In this document: positions 39,560 to 53,212 of the stretch, piece after piece
How positions within the stretch are numbered: the first letter of the stretch is position 1
Layout of the letters: the number at the start of each line of letters is the position of its first letter
Assembly (NCBI RefSeq): GCF_006345805.1
Contig: NC_042998.1
Coordinates: 89,714,001 to 89,778,000, forward strand
Reading direction: 5' to 3'
DNA: 64,000 nucleotides
Origin: Octopus sinensis
Lineage: Eukaryota
Program-made: the position numbers and the translations under genes
Notes under the pieces: generated by a model
Databases searched by the model: none
What the model was told of the DNA's origin: nothing
What the model saw: only the letters and a program-made list of their open reading frames with translations

Positions 39560-40062
39560 AACAAATTCCTTGCAATGCTAAGGAGGCTCTATGGAAGTAA
39601 ATGATAGCTTTTGTTACCGAGGCAACCTAATGAGCGGTGAAGGAGGATCTTCTGAAAGCATAACACTCAAAATAAAAGAGGATGTAAAAAGAAGCTATTA
39701 AGGCGATTCTTTCTCCTGGTGAAGGGTAGATAGTACAATTCCGTGATACAGGCTGCGATGCAGCATAGTAGTGAGCACTGAATGCATATATTCCTTACTA
39801 TGCATTCTTGTTAAAAAATATGAAAAACTAGAGCTAAAAGGTTAGAAATGAAGCATGCTTAGATGAAGAGCAAATAAGGTAAGAGGAAGGACTGGGAATT
39901 AGAGGAATGATGTAATGTAAAAGAGAAACAGCTGCATTGATACGATAATGTAATGCGAATGGATGATGACAGATGGATGGAGAAATGCCCGGAGATCCAT
40001 GTGAAAGGAAGTAGCGAAACAGGAAGACTGAAGAAGTGATGAAAGCTAATCTCAAGATGTAG
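39560..40062 (+). mobile_element. RTE-clade LINE, RT C-terminal fragment
   Basis: EVNDSFCY.G.LMS.EGG.SESIT, KGR.Y..V..AM.HSSE, RLERNEASMLR, GLGIRG and VMRMDDDRW..KC.EIHV.GS, recovered across frameshifts. Confidence 0.72.
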
Positions 40063-41001
40063 GTTCCTTCAAATAATTCTTGCAAACACTCGAGAGGCAA
40101 AAAATCTACGGATATGTGTGAGAGTTGCGATCTTTAGCGAACAGACAAGATCTGAAGAATGTTATATGGAAGAATGATAAATAAAGCTTAGAAAATTTTG
40201 TCATTGTTAAAAATTCTTTAATAGCTTTTTTTTTTACCATTATAATACTGCATTTCCTTGTCTGTTCGCTAAAGATCGCAACTCATGCTGTTTTATTTCC
40301 ATGCTGTTTTTACAATAAATGCGAAAGATGAAGGAATTATCAACATTTTCCATATTGTTTCCATTCTTCACGTTCTTTTCGTTTTTATTTATTTACGAAG
40401 TCATGCATATTTTCATTGATCTGTATCGTTAACCCAAAATTTAATAAAGGTCTGAAGTGTCATCTTAGAGCTTTAACCATGAATTATCTTATTTATCTAA
40501 TTTCATACAGATTAAAAACGCTAAATTGTGTATAAATATAAATTTGTTACAAATTCACATACGCTTGAGATGTATTCGGTGTAGACAAATAGATGTAAAC
40601 GCACCGAGTCAGTTCGTAATGCTCCTATCCCGCTATTGAACTGTTTACACTTAACTGTCTACAACGAGAAATTTTCTCCGTGAGAAAAATATAGTGAATG
40701 GTTCGTATATACCTCAAACAAATTTGAACTAGAAACAAATTTATATTTAATTTTATGTCACTGTTGGTGCACAATAGCACCGTTGGACAAAGTTTCCACT
40801 TGTTCACTTCACTGCATTTCATAAGGAGAGAATGTCAAAAAAGTATAACTATCAAAGTGCCAAACAAATATCTCAAAGCGACCAACCTGTTTTTTTCTTT
40901 TCTCTCTCATGGTTCAACTTCTGCCAATACAGCGATAAAGATATGTACACGCATGCGCATGCACACACACACCACACACACGCACGCACACACACACGCG
41001 C

Positions 41002-41046
<45 letters not shown>

Positions 41047-41129
41047 TAACTTATAGCCGTCATGTGCAAGCCTATAAGTCTTTCGCTAATTTTTTTAGGT
41101 ATCTTTGTAGCCGAGGGCAGATATCGACA

Positions 41130-41305
41130 TTACTTCTGCCCTCTCACCCCTTAACCCAGCGAAAGTCGAGAACATGGCTATTGAAGGGAAAGCGGGCAGC
41201 ACCAGCACTCTGTTGATACTCACTATAGCAGAGTGAACTGGAGTAAGATGAAATGAAGCATCTTCCTCAAGGACACCAAGCGCCGCCTTGATCAAGGAAC
41301 TGACC
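41130..41305 (-). mobile_element. Old SINE fragment, family C-like core
   Basis: GCAGAGTGAACTGGAGTAAGATGAAATGAAGCATCTTCCTCAAGGACAC. Confidence 0.55.
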
Positions 41306-41580
41306 CAGTAAAAGGGTCATTAGCGGAGCCTTCCCTTCTGACTAAAAGATAAAAAAAAAGACACTCTATTTGACCATATATAGGCAAACAAATAAATAAA
41401 TAAAAGCAGTAGTGTATTGCTGATCGAACGAGGTAATTGCGTGGAAGGGCAGTTCTCGTCACCGATGCGAGTACGTGCCTCTTGACCCTACAAGGCCGGC
41501 GAGTCTTCGATGTGCCACCACCACTTCGTCCGTCCGCACGTGAGCGCCCTCACCTTCACTGTCGCCGTCACACAAAAACT

Positions 41581-41978
41581 AGGTGCAGGAGTGGCTCTGT
41601 GGGAAGAAGCTTGCTTCCCAACCACATAGTTCCGAGTTCAGTCCCTCTGCGTGACACCTTAGGCAAATGTCTTCTACTATAGCCTCGGGCTGACCAAAGC
41701 TTTGTGAATGGATTTGGTAGACGGAAACTGAAAGTAGCTTGTCGTATGTGTGTGTTTGCCCCACTACCACCACCACCACTGCTTAACAGCCGGTATTGGT
41801 GTGTTTACGTCTTTCCGTCCCCGTAACTTAACGGTTTGGCAAAAGAGACCGATAGAATAAGTGCCAGGCATAAAAAATATAAAGTACTGGGGTTGATTCA
41901 TGCAACTAAAATTCTTCATGGCGGTGCCTCAGCATGGCCGCAGCCTAATGAGTGAATCAAGTAAAAGAATATAAGAAT
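41581..41978 (+). mobile_element. SINE family B, full length
   Basis: AGGTGCAGGAGTGGCTCTGTGG head through CAAGTAAAAGAAT tail. Confidence 0.88.
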
Positions 41979-41992
41979 ACACACGCACACAA

Positions 41993-42058
<66 letters not shown>

Positions 42059-43614
42059 CATACTGTTTCTTCCTTCTAATTAGTATCGCTGAAACCAAGT
42101 TATAGTTAAAGTTCCAGTTAGATACTTCAAGATTGTCGTTACTCACGTCATGTAGAATGTTATTAATTATAGTAATATCTAGTAATTTTTGTTACTGTTG
42201 ATGTCAGGGTTAATATTGTTGTTGCCGTTAATTTTGATTTCTTTAGCTTCATGAATCATATACTTCATCTCTTTCTCTCTCTCTCTTTCTCTCTTTCTCT
42301 CTCTCTCTCTATCTCTCTCTTTCTCTCTTTCTCTCTCTCTCTCTCCCTCTCTCTCTCTCTCTCTCCTCACGCACATACACACTTTCTCTTCCTTGAATGA
42401 GTAATGTTCAGTTCTGGTTCATTTCTACTTTTCTGGTCTTAAATATCCATCTGTTTTTCGGCGTCACACAAAATAGTTAACAGCGCACATTACATAGATT
42501 GCAATTCCAAAAGTTAGTTCGAGACTATCAAATGTCAACAAAAATTTCATTGTTGTTCTTCACTTTTCAATATCACTGACAAAGGTTCGTTAATTACTTA
42601 TTCGGCTGGAAATTACAAATACAAATAGTTCTAACTACTAATCATATTGCGTTGTGTTTTGTTCTTTATTACAGTTATGACATCAAAGGAGGAACAGGAA
42701 TACTTAATGTAACAATAAATCCTTTTTAACCCCGAAAGCGCTTGCTGAACCTTATCAATCAAACATCTATATCTCTTTACATGGTTGATTTTAATAGATT
42801 AGATATTACGTCAAATTCATTTACAAAAATTGATCTTGATTTAGAATAAAGAACTTTTATTCATATAATGCAATGATGAACTTTATGTGTACTAAATAAC
42901 ACCCAGCAGAGTGTTTTACACTTCCCACAAGACCCCATATTATTAGTTATGTGGCCTTCTTTCGTTCAATGTATTATTTGCTTAAATAATTAATATGGTG
43001 TACCGTTAAATTCTTACATAGGCCCTTGTTTAAATGTTGCTCAACGCAGGGTCACTTTTACTGGTCACTGCTACCGCGCTTACTGAACACGATGACATAT
43101 TGGATACTATATTTTGAGACTTCCGCACCCCTAACAGAGGACGGAAATCACTCAGCTACATTGAGGTTATTAGCAGAGAAACTGACCATCCACCAAAGCT
43201 AATGAGGAAACAGAGAATCCGCTCCTGCAGGCGCATTGTGAATCACGCCTCGATTGCGGACGATTGAAGAACAAGAACATTCGATTAAAATTTTATATCT
43301 GGCACTTATTTTCTCAGCCCTTCAATGAAACTCTGGGTTATAAATAGGAGTCTAAAATCCTCTGAATAGTATGTACATAGAAATAAAATCCAACGTCCGA
43401 AGACGGTAGTATGTTAAGTAAACACTTCAGACCTAAAAATAGAAAAATAAGATTTAGTATTCGAGAAAATTGAAGTCATTCAAAGAAAATTAAAATTTGG
43501 CTAAATTGTTCAAATCACAATACACCAAATTACAATATACCAAATTAAGTCAGCGCTTTGAATTAAGTCAGCATGTTTCAAGACAATGTTTATTGATGAT
43601 ATAATTATTTTAAT

Positions 43615-43995
43615 TATCTTTTATCTTTCACTTGTTTCAGTCAGTAGACTGTAGCCATGTTATGAAACCGCTTTGAAAGTTTTACTCGAGCAAATAGACA
43701 CCAGTACTTTTTTTAAAGCCCGGCACTTATTCTGTCGTTCTATTTTTGCCAAACTGCTAAGTTACGAGGACATAAACAAACCAACACCGGTTATCAAGCA
43801 GTAGTGGGAGACAAACACACACGCACTTATACAGATATAGATATATACGACCGGCTATTTTCAATTTCCGTCTACGACATCCACTCACAAAGTTTTGGTG
43901 GACCCGGAGCTACAGGAGAAGACACTTTCCCAAGGTGTGACTGAAACCAGAACCATGTGGTCGCGAAGCAAACTTCTTACCCACAGCCACGCCTG
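43615..43995 (-). mobile_element. SINE family B, full length, antisense to the gene
   Basis: CACAGCCACGCCT at 43982-43994; TTTCCGTCTAC..ATCCACTCACAA; TCTTTCACTTGTTTCAGTCA tail. Confidence 0.85.
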
Positions 43996-44585
43996 TTGGT
44001 TCTTTTTCTAAAATTCAGTTCTTCTTAGTTTACAAGAAAAGAACCATCATTGGTTTCCTCTCGACGTGTCTTATTTATTTTCTCAAAAGTGATTTTAAGT
44101 ATAGATTTGAAGTGCCTTTATTGTTTAAAATCAAACTTCGACACCTGCTACATTTTACTAAGTAACCATTGATACTTATTTATCTACTAATGTTTAGAAA
44201 TATATATTTTGCATAATGTACGATCCATAGAGTTATTAGTTTAATATTAAAGAAATACGGTTTAAAGAATATATTGTATACAAATGCAGGCAGAATAATT
44301 AAGTTACAACCACCATATAGCTTAATGACCAGGTAAGTTCTTCTCTTAGACAAAGACGTCAGTAGATTCTCTGGAAAAAATAAGAGCTTTTTGTAATTCA
44401 CACCTTAGAGATATTCTTTCATAAGACAATAGAGTGGAATTAATTTATTATAATTACGAATAATGTTATCAAACGGTTTTATTAACAAACTTACTGGGTC
44501 CCAAATGCACTCATCATATTTTTGTATATTGTATATTGGTTTAATGTTATCGTTCTTATTTTTAGGTGCTGTGTCAAAGTGAGCA

Positions 44586-44630
44586 TAATAATAATAATTA
44601 TTATTATTATTATATTATTATTATTATTAT

Positions 44631-44678
<48 letters not shown>

Positions 44679-44692
44679 TAATAATAATAATA
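44586..44692. repeat. Strand-switching (AAT)n-(ATT)n-(AAT)n microsatellite
   Basis: Directly visible. Confidence 0.9.
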
Positions 44693-46451
44693 TATGAGAA
44701 TTTCAAATCAACTTATATATTATCTCTTCTCCCAATGGTTCCTTGAACGAAAAGCAAATGTCTTTCAGGATAAAACTCTACATTACTAGATGAATTTAGG
44801 CAGATATAATATGGTTCCATACTTTGAAAAATAGATTTGATGTAACGGCTTTGAATTCACCTCTACTCCCAGAAATGGGTATTTCGCACAAACTGCATTC
44901 TAAAGTCTCAATGTGTTACCAAGATCAGAACTTTTCTAGTTTAAAGTAGTAAAGAACCATAATTATACTACAATATATCTTAATGTTTCAATAGTAGGTG
45001 AATTATTGCAGATTATATTTTTAGTTTGCTAATAATCTCCATAATATTTTTATTGATTGTGAGAGCTTCATACATATCTGAAACGCTAGTTGTTATCGAC
45101 AGAAGACCGCTTTGCATCAATTATAATTTCTATTAAAAGTTATATTTCTAATTTGTTAATAATTTCTATGCCCTTGAATGATTGTGAGAGTCCATACATT
45201 TCCGAAAACTTGTCTCAGCCAGCAGAAGACTGGTTTGCATCAATTATAATTTCTTTATATTTGTGTTGTTCTTCCAGATTTCAGTTCTGAAAAGCAAAAT
45301 TACTTCTATGTCATAAATCTATACAGGATCTCATTTAGGTTTAACAATTTTTTTCTTTCATTTTCATATCGTTACATTTTCAAAACTTTTTATCATTCTC
45401 TGTCCTAAATGACAATTTTCTACATCTTTTTTTCAGGAACATCTCACATGACTACTAACATTACATTGCTTTTTAATTACCTTCGTGCAATTCCTACTTT
45501 CTCTTTCTTTTTTGTTTTCTTTTATTTTTCTTACCTCCAACAGACCCCTTTTCGACTTTCTCCACGTCAAAGATCTTCAACACTACAAGCAGGGCATTCT
45601 GAATCTCAGTCTTCAAAAATTATTCATCTTCGGACATCAGAGCTATGGGTTTGTCCCTTCTGTCATGGTGCTACCTAAACTAAATACCCTATAACAGTTC
45701 ACTCTCTCCCTGGGTTTAATTTCTTTACTATGTTTGATCCCTTAACTCACATCCACTCTCTTCATACCTCTTTTCTTCTTTTCTTCTTTTCTTATATTCA
45801 CTCCACATACAGCATTTCTACTGTCACTGTTTTTGTTTTGGCTTTTATGTACTTTTTCTTTCTCTGTTCTGTTGCTGTATAACGTACATATGTGTGAATA
45901 TTTTGTTGTTTCCTTCTGTTTTCGTTTGCAGCACCACATTCTGTGTTAGCTTTTAGAACTAAAAATCATTCTCATTAACCTAAGAAATCATTCTTCCTTC
46001 TTTTCCTTTACATCTACAGCACACTTAATCGTTACACTCCGTCCAGCATGATACTTCTATATAGAATTCGTGTTGTCGAGCAATCGCAACTGTGTGTGTG
46101 ACTTAAATTCTATTTCATTAACACTAACACTTCACTTTTCAAAACTAACATTTGGCACCACCATCACCACTATCCCCACTTCATGTTTTCTTTACAGCAG
46201 TCTCAGACACTTGCAGTTTTCAGTAAGCATCCGTTATGACAGCACTATTTTCATGATGTTGCTAATAATTTTTTTTTAATTCCATATTTTTTTCCAGTAT
46301 TCACACATGCACTTAGACACACCTACCCTCTTTCATAAGTACGTGCACAAGCAATCATATACATTCACTAACATGGAAATACGATATAAAATAATATGTA
46401 ATTATATATCTATAAATGTATATCTGTGTGTGTGTATGAGTATATATATGC

Positions 46452-46536
<85 letters not shown>

Positions 46537-47848
46537 TATATATACTCATACACACACACAGATATACATTTATAGATATGTAATTACATATTATTTTATA
46601 TCGTATTTCCATGTTAGTATATTTGTATATGTATGCATACATGTATGCAAACATGTGTATGTTTGTGTGAGTGTGTGTACGTGTGTGTATGTGTGTGTGT
46701 ACATCTTTGTATACATACATGCATGATTATGCATATATGAATACACCTGTATGTTTACATATCACACACACACGCACACATATATTTATCAAATGTATAT
46801 GCGTCTGTGTTTCATTCACAACTGACAAAGAAAACTTTTTGTTGAAATGTTTGTATAAGTTTTACAGAAGGAAGACAAGGTTAAATAAAAAAAAAGATAA
46901 AGAAAAGAAAAGTGAAATAGGGAGAGTAATAGTCATAAAAGGGTAGAAATCCATACTTAAATTATATCTGACTGTAAAGACCAAATATGGGCTGAATATA
47001 TTTTGAAAACAGGACTGTTAAATTAGCTATTTTCATTGAAGGCAAACTTGCTTTCTGATTAAAATGAGTAAATATCTTTTGAACTCTGTATTTAGATAAA
47101 GTTTGACAATGAGAAAGCAAAATTTGATCATGCTGTGAAAAAAGTAAGTAAATTTCGAAGGTAGAGCCGTTACAGTCCTTATTTCGATAAAAGTAAAGAT
47201 GCTTTCTTTCTTGGATTTAAAAGGAAAGACTGTTTCAAGTTTAAAAGGAAAGGAAGTAGCTAATGCTGAAATATTTTTGAAAGTTACAAATATGTATTTT
47301 AATTCTACTGATCTCTTTTCACGAGACTAAGTATGGACGAGAGCCGAAGTACGTTTCGGCGGTGAATAATATAAGTGAAATTGTAGGTTATACAAGTTAG
47401 TAGAGGTGCTTTATAAAATTGGAAGATAAAATCTAAATATACTAAGACCTGCGGACTCAAGAAGTCGATGAAATTCTCAAAGTGTCTGAATCTTAAACAT
47501 ATGAAATAAGAATAACTAATCATGTTCTCTATTGTGACGAGAGAAAATAAGGTTAGGTAAATATGTAGATATTTGCGTTAATTTAACAATATTAAAATGC
47601 CTTAGAAATACCGGAAGTCAAGTTTCTCTGAATTAGAAAAATATGAAAGATACGTACTTGGGAAATGCAAATTAAAAATCAAGAAAAGAAAAACAAATAT
47701 AGTAGTTGAAGTCCCAATTAAAAATATAGCAGAATCTGTAAACAAAGAATATATACAAGTGCCAAAATAAAAATGATAAAATATATGAACTTGTAAGTAA
47801 ATGCTTATTTTCCTATACTATTTAAACTGAGCGTAAATGTAGAAACCC

Positions 47849-47895
<47 letters not shown>

Positions 47896-47946
47896 ATACA
47901 CACACAAACACTCACACATACATAGTTTATGTACGTATCGCAATAG

Positions 47947-48960
47947 CATGACATTCTGAGGCTCTGGGAGAGGCTCCAATGCAGATGACATCTATCTGTA
48001 CTTCAGCAAGGCCTTCTATAATGTTGACCACAACATCCTATTAAAGAAACTATCGAACATTGGATGTTTTCTGGTGAACAGAACCTAGCACGTGGTCATA
48101 GATGGTGTTCAATCACGCTCGGCAAGAGTCAACAGTGGAATCTCAAAGGCACTGCATTGGGCCCATTATTTGCATCAATAACATTCATTGACGTCATCAA
48201 ACACAGCAGCATTAGAATTTTCACGGATGACTCTAAGCTATGGAAGGTCCTTGACTAATCTTCAGTCGGTTCAGCTCACCGTTATCCGATGTGCAGAAAA
48301 ACACAATAAGCAGCTAAACGAGAATAAATTTGAATTAATCCACTTCGGTAAAGAGGTAACACTTAAGATACCATACACTCTCCTTCGGGCGAAAATTTCG
48401 TGACATAAAACACGGCAAGGACCTCGGAGTAAATCATCCCACTCTTCTCCACCTTCGCCCGCCCTCATCTTGTATGCTGTTGTCCGCTGTGGTCTCCCTA
48501 CACAAAACAAAATATAAAAATTCAAATACCCCGGAGATCGACCACAAGGAAAATAGATTACATGAGAAGTCCTGATTATTGGGATCGTCCCAAGAAACAC
48601 AAATTTTATTCCCTACAACGCCTCTGTGAGCGCTATATCATTTGCATGATGTGGAAAACATTCCCACAGTACTAATCAAATGATGTTGGCATCAGCTTTA
48701 AAATTCATCCTGGACTTCGTCCTTGCGTCATCTATCCTCTGTAAAAGTCGTGTTCACGTTACATCACACCACTAAAGACAGAACTATTTAACTTCGACTG
48801 GCCCTGCTCTCTTTAATACCATATCAAGACACATAAGAGAAGAAAATTATCTTATAGCATGCAAACGGGTCCCGGACAAATATTTCCAACGATTTCCAGA
48901 TAACCAAACTACGCCCGGATATATCTCTGCGAACAATGACTCATTACTCGAATAGGCTAT
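47947..48960 (+). mobile_element. CR1-type LINE, RT and 3' region, decayed
   Basis: NAD.IYL.FSKAF..VDHNILLKKL, SG..QGT.LGPL, IRIF.DDSKL, QLNENKFELIHFG, DYWDR.K, SLQR..ERYII and GPALFN, recovered across frameshifts. Confidence 0.82.
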
Positions 48961-49084
48961 GGTGACCACAGAGTGACTGCAATATGAAACATCATTAAAT
49001 GTCTTTTCAGATTGTGTGATTGTGTTAGACATGACCTGCGCAAATTCTGGTTGAAACATATCTAAGTGTATAAGTATTTGCATG

Positions 49085-49163
49085 TGTTTATATATATGTG
49101 TGTGTGTGTGTGTATGCGTACATATGTATATACACATATGTTTGTATGTATATATATATATAC

Positions 49164-49243
<80 letters not shown>

Positions 49244-49361
49244 GTACATATATATGTATGTAGTATATACATATATATATATGGATGTATATACGCATAT
49301 ATACATGCATGTATGTATATACATATATAAATATGTATATATACGCACATACACACACCAC

Positions 49362-49410
<49 letters not shown>
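49085..49410. repeat. Compound (TG)n-(TA)n-(CA)n alternating purine-pyrimidine tract
   Basis: Directly visible. Confidence 0.95.
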
Positions 49411-52400
49411 GAAATGACCAATATTCATTTGAGTTTTCGTATATCTTTTTAATCCATGTTGTTTATAATTACGAGTGTAATTATATAGCTATAGTTAATT
49501 TAATGTTCATAAAACAATAAACACAATGCTTAAGAATTTATCCCCATTCTTTTAACCGTAAACGAAATTTTCCAGAAACTTTGATCAAGCTATTCAGCAG
49601 GGAAAATCGTGCATTTCCCTTAGCGTTCGTCGAAACAACCATGATAAGTCGGCCAATGTTCATTGGTCGAGCAGTATTCATGTAGGCGTTAATGCCTTAT
49701 ATGGCTACAACACGTAATACATGCACACACGCACTAAGCATGCATGTACGAATACACATATAATTACAGATACATGCATATATATATATACATACATACA
49801 TGCATGCATAGATGCATACACCTTTGCACTTCGAATGTACATCTTCATATCTATGTGTTTACAAAGACTTTGACATAACTGCATGTGCATACATATTTTT
49901 ACAAGTAAGAAGGATAACTAATATATTGTGCGAATGCATGGACATTTGCATGTAGTAGTATGATATATAACTAGAACGAGTGATAATATTTTTAAAATGC
50001 ATATATAAGCACAGATATAAATATATATGTATAGCTATGAAAAATATTCCCAATTAAGAAATTCAAATTAATAAAAATTCTACTTTATAGACAAAATTCA
50101 GTTCAAATTCAAGTTATGGCAAAAGCAATTGCAATTAGACCGTAAAGAAAGGAAATTCTCAGTTGAGCAAATCTATCTATAGAAGACTAAATATAAAATG
50201 TGGAACGCAGCCTTTTGTCGGAAAAATGGCGTGAGAGCATGTGTATATCTGCGTGATCATGCGCGCTTGTTAAGCTCTTTGTGTTATATGTTAGCAAGGT
50301 TACAAAGTCGTACTACAAAGAAATACGACTTGCGTACGCAAATGCTTAACAAAAAACGTGCCAACGTTTGTAAAAGATGCTAGCAATGTGAAATTTTGTA
50401 TACATATTCATATTAAGAGACAGGGTTCCATGCAGCTATGGTTTAAATCAATTAAGCACAAGATTAGAGATTTTAACAATTAAGGTGTGTAAAGTGTTCA
50501 ATACTTAAAAGTTTAATGTTGGAAGTTCTCTCAGAATCTATCTGATTTTATAGATGCTCAGTTTTGAAAAGGCTGTAGGGTCATTTTTTTTTGTTTTGTT
50601 TTTTTTTTTGTTTTTTCTTGTGGAGTATTATTTTGCTTTAGGATAAAATGTTAAACGTGAGGTTATAATGTTTATTCTTAATCTTCACTTCACTTATCTA
50701 GTGGGAAAGTGACGGCTCATCTTTATGGAGTGGGTTTTGGTGTAACTAGGCATGTTAAATGTAGTGGCATTTAAAAGTATTTGTGGAGAGGCACCAGAGT
50801 AATTTAGAAATGTTGTTGCCATGTATGGTACATTGATAAACTATATTCCTAACAAGGCAATTAGAATTTAAAGCAGAAAACTTAGAAATGATAGAATTGA
50901 AATTATTTGTAGTTAAATGGGTGTTTATTTCAGTGGTTTAAAGTAGTTCTGCTGAAACAAAGTTTGGTGTGGAGTAAGAAGTGTTACAAATGTTTCTGTT
51001 AAAGATTTATGGGATTTAAATTATGTTTCTTTTAAAGACTAATGGTGCTTTAATGGTGTTAACACAGAATTACAAAAAGGTGATAAATGACTACCAAGTG
51101 AAACTTAATTCCAAAATACGCCAGACGACATGATCTATACCAAACATATTCTTAAAACAGAGTTGTATTTTCTCTAACAAAATTTGTAAGAAAATTAATT
51201 TCAATCTTCTTAATGAAGTCAATAATGAAGGCCAACAGATAAGCCTGAAATATGAGGAATTTCTAAATATTTACAAGATTGTGCCTGAACTTAAAGGACA
51301 ATCCCCCTTACAGATGAAATTTCTCCGTAACAAACACTATATTTAGACATTAAATATTATTACGAATGTATTACTAAACTTATTATCCTCAAGTTCATTA
51401 TGTCAGTTACAAATTTTAGAGATTATGAAGCATTATTTTATACGTAAAGTTATTGTAAGCTATGACTATTCTATCTAAATTGCGATACACTCTGATAACC
51501 TAATTCGCTTTAGCTACAGAGCAAATGATTCTGCAGAAACTTGTGATCTCATAAATTTATCATTACTTTTATAAGTGGAAAGTAGGTCTCGCCCCACGCC
51601 ATAAAAAAGGGCGGATTATACTGAGGTGATGGCCTTTTGTGCCTCTACAAGTTTAACCCCAAGTAAATTAATGAAAATTTTAAAAATATGTTATCAATAG
51701 GTCAAAAATCGGGGGTTATAAGAAACTGCACAGTCTAACCACACAGCAGTCATTTTTCTCTTTCAATGTGACAAAATCTGCACGGTGCATTTCACAAATC
51801 TGAGGAAATTTTGATTATATCCACAAACAATCTAACCTGGTTAAAATGTTGTCTATATGTATCTGTATTTATGCATTTATGTATATGTATACATATATAT
51901 GTGTTTGTTTATGTAGGCATGGTCAAATATACATATTTGTATATAAATATGAATACCTTGAAAATGTGTGTGCAAAAATGCATATCCTTCAAACATGATA
52001 TGCATACGGAACAAATATGCGGGGATATGCATTCAGAAGCACGTTTTTATATGTATGTTACTAAATATATACGTGTAAATACATGTACATGTATATACAA
52101 ATATATACATGTATATACAAATACATGTATATACATACACCTATGTCTCTGTGCAAATATGTTTGTAAAGGGACACGCACACACACACACAAACACACAC
52201 ATCTTATGTAAACATGTACATATATATATGCGAGTTTTAACGTGTGTATATATTATATATATATACATCTATATACATAAACACACATGCACCCAAATGC
52301 ACATACATTTACACGCATGCACACGCAACATAAACACATATATACGTATATATATATATATATATATATACACCCCCGAATGAGTGGACAAGCGAAAGAA

Positions 52401-52466
52401 GGGCACTCAACAAATTTATTTGGAGTTACATGTATGGATGAAACTGTTTTGACCCATACATGTACA

Positions 52467-52523
<57 letters not shown>

Positions 52524-53212
52524 TATTAAAATAACATAGCGCCGTAAACTTACTGGCAGCTATTTCTAGTAATGGTCGTACTTCGTGTAATACCTGCTTT
52601 ATATATTTGTAAATACACACACATATACACACACACATACACACACACTCACATACATGTACATACGTCATTGATTTCTCTGAATTTATCTCAAAATGCA
52701 CTTGTGTGTATAAAATGCATGCAATAGCATGTAGGCGAACTGGAATGTACACTTTTATACTTGCTGGTATATACATACATATATATATATATGCATGTAT
52801 ATATGCGGACAAATATCAAGCACATGCATGCAGATTATACGTATAAATCTAGTAGTGTGTGTGTATATAAGCATGTTTAAACGTTTATGTATTTATTGTG
52901 TAGGCGCATGTATGTATATGCGTATATATATAAATGTGTCTATATTTCGATGCGTTCGTTTACGTCAAGGTCAAATGACATACCATCTTACTCGTAAATC
53001 CATTTATGATGTTCTTGTGCTTTTACATATTCATTATTTATAATGCAAATGCATCAGTTATTTGCCTTTCTGTCAGCTCTTCAAAGTTATTTAAGGTTTT
53101 CTCTCTTATTTTTCAAATCCATATAGTTCCCAAGTACCCACCTTTCATCTTCTTATTCGAAGATTAAGTAAATTTCTTTATCTAGATTACGTTGCAATAT
53201 TGTTGAATTATA

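Noticed and set aside
42675-42715. Strong-looking acceptor TTCTTTATTACAG as an extra exon
   Set aside because: Phase 0 entry gives TTA-TGA (immediate stop) and the donor is weak.
44566-44578. 13-nt micro-exon GTGCTGTGTCAAA (would add a Cys) between TTTTTAG and GTGAGC
   Set aside because: It would frameshift the phase 0 join between the 34092 and 58001 exons, which already splice in frame.
45544-45648. Open frame after a long pyrimidine tract and CAG
   Set aside because: No good donor, and the peptide TPFRLSPRQ... does not resemble multiplexin.
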